Program-made: the position numbers and the translations under genes | Part shown: one piece after another, positions 1 through 9,741 of the stretch | Position numbering within the stretch: position 1 is the first letter of the stretch | Layout of the letters: each line of letters starts with the position of its first letter | The notes under the pieces: model-generated | Databases searched by the model: none | Seen by the model: the letters and a program-made list of their open reading frames with translations, nothing else | What the model was told of the DNA's origin: nothing | Source: Candidatus Spongiisociaceae bacterium | GTDB lineage: Bacteria; Actinomycetota; Acidimicrobiia; Spongiisociales; Spongiisociaceae | Direction: 5' to 3' | Assembly (NCBI GenBank): GCA_965262915.1 | Contig: OZ253564.1 | Span: 3,392,001-3,456,000, forward strand | Length of the DNA: 64,000 bases

Positions 1-1
1 A

Positions 2-151
2 GCGCAGGCTACTCATGAGACACTCACCGCAGTCGACGTTGACCGCCACCCGAGAGGTACTGCCCTCACGAGCGACAGTAGGAGCGCCTATGTGGCCGTT
101 ATGGGATCCACCGACGCAGCTGTCATAGACCTGTCAGCCGAGAGAGGCTGA
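2..151 (+). CDS. 3' end of a YVTN/YncE-type beta-propeller protein (partial, enters from left edge)
   Basis: Manual translation AQATHETLTAVDVDRHPRGTALTSDSRSAYVAVMGSTDAAVIDLSAERG* resembles a YVTN repeat (V..G.HP.G.A...D...AYV......V.VID). Confidence 0.55.
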   Translation, partial: AQATHETLTAVDVDRHPRGTALTSDSRSAYVAVMGSTDAAVIDLSAERG

Positions 152-211
152 CCAGGATGCTCCTGGGGTGTCTATGTCTTCCAACAATCGTCGCATAGCT
201 GGTGCGGGTGG

Positions 212-2596
212 TTAGGCGAGGCCGAGAGCTCTCGCGAGGAATGTTGCCATCTGGGCTCGGGTCACTGGTTGGGTGGGGCAGTAGCGCAGCGGCTCCGTCT
301 GGCAGCCAACGGTGATTCCGGCTGCCGCAAGCGCGTCGATGGCGGCCTCGTGACGGTTGCCACGAGCGTCGCGGAATCCTGCTGACGGAGCGGGGTCGAG
401 GTCGAAGGAGCGCACCAGGAACGAGGCCATCTGGGCCCGTGTAACCGGACGGTCAGGGCAGAAGCGCAGCGGCTGGGTCGTGCATCCCTCGGTGATCTGC
501 AGTGCCGCAAGCCGCTCGACATGGAGCATCCACCACGCGTCGGTATCCACGTCATCGAACGTACCGCCGACCGCGGGGGGCTCTCGGCCGTCGAGTGCCC
601 GCACGAGCCACACCGCCACGGTCCATCGCTCGATCGCGGCGTCGGGACAGATACGTTCATCGGCACATTCGGTGTCATCCAGGATGCCTCTCCCGGCCAG
701 GGCCTCCAGGGATGCCATATGAGCGCTCCCCATCGTGTCGACGAACGAAGAGCAGATCCCCACACCCGCGCTCGACAAGTCGTCGAAGGGTGGCTCGGAG
801 GACCATGGCGCCCGGGGCACGCACAAGCCGGTTCCGGAGAGCCGCAGCTCTGCGAGCCTCGTCAAGTCGGAAATCCGCTCCGGCAGGCTGCCGCTCAGGT
901 CGTTGCCGGAGAGGTCAAGCCGGACGAGTTCGCTCAACTGGCCGATCTCCTCGGGAAGCGATCCAGTCAAACCGTTGCCGAACGGGCCGCTGAGGTCGAT
1001 CTCGGTTACCCGTCCGGCGGAGTCTGTTGTCACACCCTGCCATCGGCTCAGGGGCGCGTCGGACTTCCAGCCCCAGGTATTGAACCAGGCGCCTCCACCC
1101 GTGCTGTCGAACAGTGCCACGAGTGCCGCTCGGTCGCCCGTATGAGCAGGACCACCCGACGGGGCGGGACCGTACGTGTAGTTGGCGGCCGCGTTCAGAA
1201 CCGTCCTACGTAGCCGGTTGCAGCTCCCGAGGAGGATGATGCCGGGCTTGTTTGCGATCATCGCGAACGTGAGTGTCTCGCCGTTGGCCGCCACCGTTGT
1301 CCCGGCCACAGCGGTCACGTCGTTGAGTGTGCCCGTCTTGGCTCTCACGGTGTTGACCTTCTCCTGGCCGGCCGGAGACGGGACCGGGACGCAGTTCCGC
1401 AACGTCCCCGTTCTGCCTGGCACGGATAGGCCCTCCACCAGGAGGGAACCCGGCCCTGCCAGCACCAGCAATTCGGCCACAGCCGCGCAGGTGAGGCGGT
1501 TGTAGCTCGACAGGCCCGAGCCGTCGGCGATCACAAGTCCGTCCGCCGGCGGTCCCAGCTTCTGGTGCATGAGCCTCTGAACACTGGCCGCCGCAGAGGC
1601 GCGGTCCGAGCTCGCGGTCCGGCGGCCGATCTCCTTCAGGAGCATTTCTGCGATGGTGTTGTCGGAGTAGCTCAGCATACGAGTGAGGATCTCGGACAGC
1701 GGCGGTGACTCGACAGCACCAAGCAGTGTCCGCTCGCTCGGCTGGGGAGCCACGCCGGCCGCAGGTCTGCGCGTGATCACCATTCCCCGCGCCTCGAGGA
1801 GGTCGTCGAATACCGAAGCTGCGTGCTGTGCAGGGTTCGCCGCTCGCACATTCCTGCGTCGGCCCTCGCTCGACCGCGCCGAGGAGTACGACGAGTAGCC
1901 GCTGTTGAGAAGCAGCCCTGACAGCGGCCCGGCATTGTTCGAGGTCACGAAGGAGCGTTTCCACACGGGGTCGGAGCCTTCGGTCGGCACCTCCCGGGAG
2001 TAGTCGCGTTCCTTGTGGGGGAACCAGGACTCGTCTCCCACCAGCCGACCCTCAATCCTCGTGATGCCGCGGGCGGCGAGGGCCGCGAACACGCGGTCAG
2101 CCAGACCTGTTATGTCGGTGTGGGCGACAGGATCTCGATAGCGACTGACGTAGCGGGGGGTGGACAGTACGGGATCGCCCTGCCCGATGAGATATACGTC
2201 GCCCACCAGCACCCCGTCGGTGATCGACTCCATTGCGTCGGTACGAGCAAACACTTCTGTGGAAAAGACCTCGTCGGGGCGAATGACTTCGAGGGCGGCC
2301 GCGGCTGTGGCCAGCTTTACGAGAGACGCAGGAACGAGACTCGCGCCAGATCTCGACTCGAAGACCAACTCGTCGTCGAGTATCACTGAGAGACACATCG
2401 AGCCGGAGGCCTCCCGCAGGGAGAGCACGGCCGAGAACTCCGCTCCGAGACGATCCCTCGCCTCTTGGCCCGGCGGAGCCGACCCATTCGTAGACGCGCC
2501 GTACGCGGCCACAGGCGACAGCACCGACCCGCAGACCGCCACCAGCGCGAGCGCGAGCGCGGCCAGGCGCCTAGCCCACCGCCCCAGTCCAACCAT
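212..2596 (-). CDS. dacB: Secreted D-Ala-D-Ala carboxypeptidase/endopeptidase (PBP4, peptidase S13) fused to LRR and C-terminal SLH domains
   Basis: Signal-peptide-like N-terminus; SxxK (ASLVK), SxN (YSDN), KTG (AKTGT); LRR GLTGSLPEEIGQLSELVRLDLSGNDLSG; SLH repeats ..CP..PVTRAQMA.FL.R. Start uncertain (ORF open to 2662). Confidence 0.85.
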   Translation of the reverse strand: MVGLGRWARRLAALALALVAVCGSVLSPVAAYGASTNGSAPPGQEARDRLGAEFSAVLSLREASGSMCLSVILDDELVFESRSGASLVPASLVKLATAAAALEVIRPDEVFSTEVFARTDAMESITDGVLVGDVYLIGQGDPVLSTPRYVSRYRDPVAHTDITGLADRVFAALAARGITRIEGRLVGDESWFPHKERDYSREVPTEGSDPVWKRSFVTSNNAGPLSGLLLNSGYSSYSSARSSEGRRRNVRAANPAQHAASVFDDLLEARGMVITRRPAAGVAPQPSERTLLGAVESPPLSEILTRMLSYSDNTIAEMLLKEIGRRTASSDRASAAASVQRLMHQKLGPPADGLVIADGSGLSSYNRLTCAAVAELLVLAGPGSLLVEGLSVPGRTGTLRNCVPVPSPAGQEKVNTVRAKTGTLNDVTAVAGTTVAANGETLTFAMIANKPGIILLGSCNRLRRTVLNAAANYTYGPAPSGGPAHTGDRAALVALFDSTGGGAWFNTWGWKSDAPLSRWQGVTTDSAGRVTEIDLSGPFGNGLTGSLPEEIGQLSELVRLDLSGNDLSGSLPERISDLTRLAELRLSGTGLCVPRAPWSSEPPFDDLSSAGVGICSSFVDTMGSAHMASLEALAGRGILDDTECADERICPDAAIERWTVAVWLVRALDGREPPAVGGTFDDVDTDAWWMLHVERLAALQITEGCTTQPLRFCPDRPVTRAQMASFLVRSFDLDPAPSAGFRDARGNRHEAAIDALAAAGITVGCQTEPLRYCPTQPVTRAQMATFLARALGLA

Positions 2597-2938
2597 CGAC
2601 CTGCGACCCCGTAGCTGCCGGCCTCTCCCGATTCGTCGTCCCTTCGAGAACAGCAGCATCAAACTAGCCGTTCTGTGGGGAGAGCGACGAAATGGAGTTC
2701 CTCGCGGTAGCCGAACATTTCCGCAGTGAGGGGGCTGCGCGTCGGGCAGTGGGCGTGCAATCTACGACGAAGGCGCGGTTGGAAGGCGAATGGCCGGCAC
2801 ACAGCTTCTCGGATGAGCTCAAACGAGGAGGTCTGGAACGCTGAGCCGCTCGCTCCATACTTGGTGCCGGTCGGGCTTCCTCAACTCTCGGAGAAGATCT
2901 CGGGCGAGCCGCAGCGTGACGAGTGGCGTTCGTGCACT

Positions 2939-3600
2939 TCATCCAAGGTTGCTTCTTCGGTGGAGCAACGATCGAAGGCTACCGGGCCGCGAGGAGCGAA
3001 GCGACATCCGTGGGAAGGTATCGCCTCCCGCATCCTCGTCCTTGGGGCGGCTCACCTCGTCGATCACCATCGAAGCGGCCGATATGAGCAGTTGCGTGTA
3101 GGGGTGGGTGGACCGGTCGGATACTTCGCCTCCGGGACACTGCTCGACGGCGGTTCCCGCGGACATGACCACGATCCGGTCGGAGAGGTGGCGGACGACG
3201 GGGAGGGAGTGGCTGATGAACAGCATGGCCATGGACCGCTCGCGGATGATCTCGAGCAGCAGGTTGAGGATCTGAACCTGGACCGAGACGTCCAGCGCTG
3301 ACACCGGTTCGTCACACACGAGCAGGGAAGGTTCGAGCGCCAGGGCACGGGCGATGTTGACCCGCTGTGCCTGCCCGCCCGAGAGCTGGTGGGGGTACCG
3401 GTCGACGAGCGACCAGTCCAGATGGACGGCGATCATCAACTCGCCCACCCGCTCGGCCCGCCACCGGGAGTTTCCTCTACGGTGGATCACCAGCGGCTCG
3501 GCCACCAGCCATCTGACCCGTTGTGGCTGCCGAGAGCCTGGAACGGGTGCTGGAAGACCGCCTGGACGGCTTTGGTAGTAGCTGCCGGAGTCGAGACTCG
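2939..3600 (-). pseudogene. Remnant of oligopeptide ABC ATPase (DppF/OppF-like), N-terminus lost and frameshifted
   Basis: YPHQLSGGQAQRVNIARALALEP, VCDEPVSALD and FISH present; Q-loop-like VQAVFQHPFQAL lies upstream in another frame; no Walker A. Confidence 0.75.
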
Positions 3601-3692
3601 ATCAAGAGACACCTCGCCGTCACGGCTCGGTACCGGGGCTTAGCAAATGGTTGATCGTCGCCCTACTCACCCCTCTTGTCCGGTGGCCCATT

Positions 3693-3713
3693 ATTCCCGC
3701 AAGTTGTGGGAAT
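3693..3713. promoter_or_regulatory. Palindromic operator candidate ATTCCCGCAAGTTGTGGGAAT
   Basis: 21-bp near-perfect inverted repeat (1 mismatch) in the AT-richer divergent region upstream of the aminotransferase/ABC operon. Confidence 0.5.
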
Positions 3714-3865
3714 TCACGATGGTCAAGAGGGCGCAATATGTGCCGAATCCACAACACGCGGGTTGCACTCTGATCTAAGCTGAAGTTCGGCGGAGACATG
3801 GGCATAGCCGGTGCCCGGCCTAGGACCCCGACAACCGAGAGTCGCAGCTGCGACGATCAAACGGC

Positions 3866-4921
3866 GTGCAGCCCCTCATCCCAACAAGGTCGGAGGCCGC
3901 ACCGAAGTCCGCCACTTTCCCTACAAAAGGGCCCTGCAGGGTGATCTCCTACGTAAACGGCGATTACGTCACCAAGCCCGTAATCTCGGTCTTCGATCGG
4001 GGATTCGTGATCGGCGACGGGGTTTACGACTCGGCCCGCACGTTCGGAGGCCAGGTCTTCAAACTGGACGAGCATCTCCAGCGATTGGGCCGATCGATGC
4101 GTTACATCGAGATCGATGCGGATCGCTATGCCGCAGAGATCCGGCGCGCTACGGAAGAAGTGATTGCCCACAACATGGAGGACATTCTCTCGGTGGGCGA
4201 TGTGTGGGTGATTCAGATCATCACGCGGGGGTTGCTCGAGGATGCCGGGGAGTCCGGGTTCGGGCTCGAAGACGAGCCAGATATCCCATCCAAACCGACG
4301 ATCGTCGTCATCGTGAGGCCACTGAACTTCAAGGCCTTCGGGCTCTTATATCGCGATGGTGTCGACCTCGGCGTGTCGCTGTTGACCCGAGCCTTGACCG
4401 GGCCCCTCGATCCGCGCGCCAAGTCGACGGGCAAGCTCGCCTATTCGCGCGCCGAACGAAAGGCGGCTCGGATGAGCAGCGGCCATGCTCTGGGAGCGAA
4501 AGCATGGACGGTGCTGTTCCATGACGACGGCTCGATCGCGGAAGCGTCGGGAGCGAACGTCTGTGCCGTCGTCGGTGACCGCCTCGTGCGTCCACCCCGC
4601 CACTATGCGCTGGAAGGCATCAGTCTCGAGACGGTATGCGAGTTGGCGCAGGTCCAGGGATTATCGATCGAAGAGAGACCGATAACTCTCTACGACCTCG
4701 TAAACGCCGACGAGACGATGCTCACGTCGACGAGTTTCTGCGTACTTCCGATCGTCAGTATCGACGGGATTCCGCTTCCTGGAGGGGGCAGCGTCTATTC
4801 GAGAGTACTGGAGTTGTGGAAGGACATGGTCGGTTTCGACTTCGTGAAGCAGGCAGAAGAGGTAGCTCGAGGTGCCGCCCGGAGTACGGCGGGATCGAGC
4901 TTCGGCACTCGACATGAGTGA
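3866..4921 (+). CDS. Aminotransferase class IV (branched-chain/D-amino-acid aminotransferase family)
   Basis: ISVFDRGFVIGDGVYD, FKLDEHLQRL, putative PLP Lys in RAKST, IAEASGANV, ALEGIS; start may be GTG 3941. Confidence 0.85.
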   Translation: MQPLIPTRSEAAPKSATFPTKGPCRVISYVNGDYVTKPVISVFDRGFVIGDGVYDSARTFGGQVFKLDEHLQRLGRSMRYIEIDADRYAAEIRRATEEVIAHNMEDILSVGDVWVIQIITRGLLEDAGESGFGLEDEPDIPSKPTIVVIVRPLNFKAFGLLYRDGVDLGVSLLTRALTGPLDPRAKSTGKLAYSRAERKAARMSSGHALGAKAWTVLFHDDGSIAEASGANVCAVVGDRLVRPPRHYALEGISLETVCELAQVQGLSIEERPITLYDLVNADETMLTSTSFCVLPIVSIDGIPLPGGGSVYSRVLELWKDMVGFDFVKQAEEVARGAARSTAGSSFGTRHE

Positions 4922-4940
4922 CAACAACGGAGGAGCAGAG

Positions 4941-6650
4941 ATGCGGAAACAAAGAAGCCGCGGGTCATGGATCGGAGCGAAGAGCGTGGTGTGGCTCACC
5001 GCGGCGGCCCTGCTGTTCGCAGCCTGCGGGGGGGATGACGGCGAAGGCGCTACGACCACCCTCGCAGCTACGACACAAGCCCCCGAACCTACGCAACCCC
5101 CCGACACGACACAAGCCCCCGAGACGACGGAAGCGTCTATGGAGATGGAGCCGTTTGTCATCGTAGTTCCGGGAGACATCGAGAACCTGGACGGGATGGG
5201 AACGTACACGCAGTTCGCAGCTCAGGTCTGGTTCCACACCCACGGGCGGCTGATGCGCTTTGAGGAGTTCCCGTCACCCACGGCGCCCGGATCGATTGTG
5301 CTGGACAAGAACTCTCCCGAACCCGAGCTCGCCGAATCGTTGGTCACGGACGACTTCCAGACCTGGACCTTGACGCTGCGGCAGGGCCTCGTGTTCCCGA
5401 GCGGAAACCCTCTGACAACCGACGACGTCATCTATTCGTTCGATCGGGCGGTTTCTCTGGCCGGCTCTCCCGGGTTTCTCCTCAATACAGCCGGGATAAC
5501 GGACATCAGCCAGGTCGAAAAGATCGATGACACCCGGCTCACGATCACCGTGCCAAAGCCGAACAATCGGCTGCCGAGGATTCTCGCCTTGGTGGACGTG
5601 GTCATCATGGACTCAAAACTCCTCAGCGACAACGCTACCGATGACGACCCGTGGGCAACCGAGTGGGCAATCAGCAATCACGCGGGATACGGGCGCTACA
5701 TCGTGAAACAGTGGGAACCCGGTAGTCGGCTCGTACTCTCGCCGAATCCAGACTGGTACGAGGGCCCGCCGGAAACGGGTGATCTGATCTTCCAGGTAGT
5801 CCCGAACGAAGCTAGCCGGCTGCTCCTGCTCCAGAGCGGCGAGGCCGATGTTGCGACTTTCATGACACCGCGCACCGCCGTCGGCATCGACCCCGACGAC
5901 CCGGGCGTAGCCGTTGTGAAGTTCCCATCCGACTTCGTGAATACGGTGACGTTCAATCACAACGTCGAACCATTCGACAACGTACTCGTGCGTCGGGCTG
6001 TCGCATACGCCATCGACTATGAACAAATCAGGGAAGAGGGCTGGTTCGGACTGGCGACGCCCCCTTCGAGCCCGGTGATTCCGGGCTACGAGGGCCACGT
6101 AGCCGTGTGGGACTACTCCTACGACCCGGAGAAGGCAATGCAGTTGCTCTCCGAGGCGGGCTTTCCGGACGGATTCGAGACCAGAATGCTCTATTCACCG
6201 GAGGAGGACCCCAGCCACGAGGTCCTGGCGGTCATGATCCAGGGTCAGCTCGGGGACGTGGGTATCAAAGCGACACTCGAGCCGGTCACGGGCGGCCAGT
6301 TCTTCACCCGGTTCTACGGCGAGAGCGACTTCGAGCTTGCCCTCAAGTTCTGCGGCATCTGGGTCTCGGAATACTGGTACTCGAGCAACCTGATGTTGGC
6401 CACCAATGGCTTCTGCAGCGGGACATACAGCAATCCCGGTGTCGACGAAGCCATTGCGACACTCGAAACCGAGACCGACCCGGCGACGGCTCAGGCACTC
6501 GCAACCCGGGTACAGGAGCAGTTCGCAGAGGATGCGGGATACGTCCTCATCGGGCAGCCCGACTTCATCGTCATGACGAGAAAGGGCGTATCGGGCGTCA
6601 TCTATCCGGTGCAGGACGGTACCGCGATCTTCTGGGACCTCACCCGGTAG
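4941..6650 (+). CDS. ABC transporter substrate-binding lipoprotein, family 5 (DppA/OppA-like)
   Basis: RBS GGAGGAG; lipobox FAAC; Thr/Pro-rich linker; PELAES..WTLTLRQGLVFPSGNPLTTDDVIYSF; VRRAVAYAID. Confidence 0.9.
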   Translation: MRKQRSRGSWIGAKSVVWLTAAALLFAACGGDDGEGATTTLAATTQAPEPTQPPDTTQAPETTEASMEMEPFVIVVPGDIENLDGMGTYTQFAAQVWFHTHGRLMRFEEFPSPTAPGSIVLDKNSPEPELAESLVTDDFQTWTLTLRQGLVFPSGNPLTTDDVIYSFDRAVSLAGSPGFLLNTAGITDISQVEKIDDTRLTITVPKPNNRLPRILALVDVVIMDSKLLSDNATDDDPWATEWAISNHAGYGRYIVKQWEPGSRLVLSPNPDWYEGPPETGDLIFQVVPNEASRLLLLQSGEADVATFMTPRTAVGIDPDDPGVAVVKFPSDFVNTVTFNHNVEPFDNVLVRRAVAYAIDYEQIREEGWFGLATPPSSPVIPGYEGHVAVWDYSYDPEKAMQLLSEAGFPDGFETRMLYSPEEDPSHEVLAVMIQGQLGDVGIKATLEPVTGGQFFTRFYGESDFELALKFCGIWVSEYWYSSNLMLATNGFCSGTYSNPGVDEAIATLETETDPATAQALATRVQEQFAEDAGYVLIGQPDFIVMTRKGVSGVIYPVQDGTAIFWDLTR

Positions 6651-6675
6651 GTCTTCTGGGACCTCACCCGGTAGG
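6628..6675 (+). repeat. Exact 24-bp tandem duplication TCTTCTGGGACCTCACCCGGTAGG x2 spanning the SBP stop codon
   Basis: Read directly: 6628-6651 and 6652-6675. Confidence 0.95.
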
Positions 6676-6723
6676 TGTGATGTTGTACCGGTTGCCGGTT
6701 ATGCCGTCGGAACACCCGGCCAA

Positions 6724-7731
6724 GTGACCAGGTACATACTCAGGCGTGTCGTTGCCTCGCTGATACTGATCGTCGCCGTGACGACGGTCACCTTCGTGAT
6801 GCAACGCGTTCTCCCGATCGATCCTGTCGAATCGCTGGTCGGGCCGATACGGACCGAGGAGCGGCTACAGGCGTTGCGGGAGCAGCTCGGTCTCGACAAG
6901 CCGCTCATCCGGCAGTACGCGGACTACATGTCCGGGCTCGCCAGGGGCGACCTGGGGACCGCCTGGCATACCGGACAACCGGTGACATCGGACCTGGCGT
7001 CGCGGTTTGCCGCGTCGCTCGAGCTGGGGCTGGTCGCGCTGATCATCGGCGTGCCACTCGGGGTCGTGCTCGGGGTTGTGTCCGCCCGACGGAGGGACGA
7101 CGCCACGGACTATGCAGTCAGAGGCATCTCGCTCTCGTTCATCGCGCTTCCCGAGTTCCTGGTCGCCCTCTTGGCGGTATATGTCTTCTTCTATCTGTTC
7201 GGTATAGCCCCGCCCCCCATCGGTCGGCTCGGCGCGACCGTCCTACAGCCGAGCCAGGTCACAGGCCTCTACCTGTTGGACAGCGTCCTCGAGAGGAACT
7301 GGACGGCCCTTCGGTCTACGATGAGCCATCTCGTCCTTCCGGCGCTGACGCTGGCGATGGTGCTGATGGGCTATTTCGCACGGTTTACCCGCGCCTCGAT
7401 GTTGGAGGTCCTGAACTCCGACTTCGTGCTCGCGGCGCGATCGTTCGGGCTCCGCGAGCGGACCGTCGTCTATCGACACGCGCTGAAGACAGCGATGCTC
7501 CCCATCATCTCGGTTCTCGGGATCGCTATCGGGGCGGCATTGGGGGGCCTCGTCGTCATCGAACTGGTCTTCGCCTGGCCCGGTCTAGGCCGCTACGCGG
7601 TCGAGTCCGCCAAGCTCAACGACCTCGCGGCCGTGCAGGGATTCATGCTCCTCTCGGTGGCCGTTTACGCGGTGGTCAACCTAGCGGTGGACATCCTCCA
7701 AGCGGCCCTCGATCCGCGGATCCGGTACTAG
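6724..7731 (+). CDS. Peptide ABC permease (DppB-like)
   Basis: YILRR, LGLDKPL..QY, RASMLEVLNSDFVLAARSFGL, FAWPGLG, LDPRI. Confidence 0.92.
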   Translation: MTRYILRRVVASLILIVAVTTVTFVMQRVLPIDPVESLVGPIRTEERLQALREQLGLDKPLIRQYADYMSGLARGDLGTAWHTGQPVTSDLASRFAASLELGLVALIIGVPLGVVLGVVSARRRDDATDYAVRGISLSFIALPEFLVALLAVYVFFYLFGIAPPPIGRLGATVLQPSQVTGLYLLDSVLERNWTALRSTMSHLVLPALTLAMVLMGYFARFTRASMLEVLNSDFVLAARSFGLRERTVVYRHALKTAMLPIISVLGIAIGAALGGLVVIELVFAWPGLGRYAVESAKLNDLAAVQGFMLLSVAVYAVVNLAVDILQAALDPRIRY

Positions 7732-7897
7732 TCGCCGATATGCAAAATGATTCGCGGTGTCTCGGGTGCCATCGACACTTCTCGCTGCGTTCCGCTTTCT
7801 CGACTTGCGCTCCGGGTACGCATTCTTCGGCGGGCCTTGCGGGGAACGCCGCTGCCAGCGCATGCCATACCGCCATTTCACAGACAGACCACCGGCG

Positions 7898-8755
7898 ATG
7901 AGCCACCGGATCGGCGAATCGACGCAAGGGATCTCACCCGGGTTTCCTCGATGGAGACGGTTCCCCTCGCTCTACATCGGATCTGCTCTGGTCGGTGGCG
8001 TGGTGCTCGTGTCGGTCCTCGCCCCCGTGTTCATCGGTTACGGCGCGACCGAACGCGTCGGCGAGCTTCTGGGCAGCCCGAGCCTGGCCCACCCGTTCGG
8101 CACGGACGTGAACAGCATGGACGTGATGGCCCGCACTTTCCACGCCGGCCGGTACGACCTCGGCGTCGCCACGGCCGGCGCTGTGCTGGCAATGGCCATC
8201 GGAGTTGCTATAGGCGCAACGGCGGGCTTCGCAGGAGGCATCTTCGATGAGATCATCACCCGGATCGTCGAGGGTGTCCAGGCCTTCCCGCCCCTGGTGC
8301 TCGCTCTCGGGCTCGTCGCGGCCGTAGGGACTTCGACCCCGGTGCTCATCGGAGTGATCGCGGTGGTTCAGTCGGTGTACTACGTGCGAGTCATGCGAGC
8401 CCAGGTGCTCTCCATTCGAGAACGTGACTACGTGCGCGCGGCGCGCGCAATCGGATTGCCCCCCTGGCGAATCATCGCGTGGCATATCGTTCCGAACGGA
8501 ATCGGTCCGATCATCGTGCAGGTGAGCTTGAACATAGGTGTGGCTATCCTGCTCATCTCGGCGTTGAGCTTCATCGGACTCGGCGTTCCACCTCCGGCCC
8601 CGGAATGGGGGGCGATGGTGGCGGCCGGGCTAAAGGTCACGATCACGGGCGAGTGGTGGGTGTGGGCGTTTCCGGGTGCGATGCTATTCGCGACGGTGGT
8701 CGCCTTCAACATCCTGGGAGACGGACTCCGTGACATCCTGGATCCGAGGACTTGA
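7898..8755 (+). CDS. Peptide ABC permease (DppC-like)
   Basis: HPFGTD, RERDYVRAARAIG, LSFIGLG..PP.PEWG, NILGDGLRDILDPR; start uncertain. Confidence 0.92.
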   Translation: MSHRIGESTQGISPGFPRWRRFPSLYIGSALVGGVVLVSVLAPVFIGYGATERVGELLGSPSLAHPFGTDVNSMDVMARTFHAGRYDLGVATAGAVLAMAIGVAIGATAGFAGGIFDEIITRIVEGVQAFPPLVLALGLVAAVGTSTPVLIGVIAVVQSVYYVRVMRAQVLSIRERDYVRAARAIGLPPWRIIAWHIVPNGIGPIIVQVSLNIGVAILLISALSFIGLGVPPPAPEWGAMVAAGLKVTITGEWWVWAFPGAMLFATVVAFNILGDGLRDILDPRT

Positions 8756-9741
8756 TGGATTCAGGGCAGGCGCCGATCCTCAGCGTGCGTGATCTGAGAG
8801 TGAGCCTCTCGTACCGGGGTCGGGCCGGGCTACCGATCGCGGGTCTGGACCTCGAGGTTCTGCCCGGGGAGGTGGTGGGCCTTATCGGTGAGACCGGTGC
8901 AGGAAAGAGCCTCACGGCCCGGGCGATCATGATGCTACTCCCAAGAGGTGCACGCATCGTCGGGGGTGAGATCATCTTCGAGGGCCGGGACATTGTCGGA
9001 CTCGACGCCGAGCAAATGCGCCGGATACGAGGCAGCCGGATCGGGATGGTCTTCCAGAACCCCCGTGAGAGCCTGGTCCCCGTCCACACGATCGAGCGAC
9101 AGCTTGAGCTGGTGTTGAAAAAACCGGCCGCGAGCGACAGAGGAACTTCGCGATCATACAACGACGGCGTTGCCGAATACCGGCGGTTGCTGGGGGCGCT
9201 CGGCCTGCACGAGCCCGAGCGAATCCTGAAGAGCTTTCCGCATCAGCTCAGCGGCGGCATGGCGCAGCGAGTGTTCTTTGCGCTGGTCCTGGCAGGGGAT
9301 CCCGACCTCCTGATAGCAGACGAACCCGCAACCGGGCTGGACGCGGCAACCCAGGCGCAGCTGATGCTCGAGTTCGAGAAGCTGATCCGCGAACTGGGAA
9401 AGACGGCGATCATCATCACACACGACTTGAGTTCGATCATCGACATCTGCGATACCCTCGCTGTGATGTACGCGGGGAGAGTGGTGGAGCGCGGTACGGT
9501 CGGCAACGTCCTGCGCCATCCGCGCCATCCGTACACGACGGGTCTGCTGGCCTCCGCCAACCTGTCGGACGACTACGGGAGCACGGAGTACATCCCGGGC
9601 ACGCCTCCCAGCCCGTTCGTACCGATCGCAGGGTGTCCGTTTCACCCACGCTGCCCCGAAGTCTTCGAAAAATGCCGGGAGATCGACCCGCAGACCACAG
9701 ATGTCGACGGCCGGTCCGTGAGGTGCCACCTCTATGACTGA
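8752..9741 (+). CDS. Peptide ABC ATPase (DppD-like)
   Basis: GETGAGKS, FPHQLSGGMAQR, ADEP, C-terminal GCPFHPRC. Confidence 0.92.
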   Translation: MMDSGQAPILSVRDLRVSLSYRGRAGLPIAGLDLEVLPGEVVGLIGETGAGKSLTARAIMMLLPRGARIVGGEIIFEGRDIVGLDAEQMRRIRGSRIGMVFQNPRESLVPVHTIERQLELVLKKPAASDRGTSRSYNDGVAEYRRLLGALGLHEPERILKSFPHQLSGGMAQRVFFALVLAGDPDLLIADEPATGLDAATQAQLMLEFEKLIRELGKTAIIITHDLSSIIDICDTLAVMYAGRVVERGTVGNVLRHPRHPYTTGLLASANLSDDYGSTEYIPGTPPSPFVPIAGCPFHPRCPEVFEKCREIDPQTTDVDGRSVRCHLYD

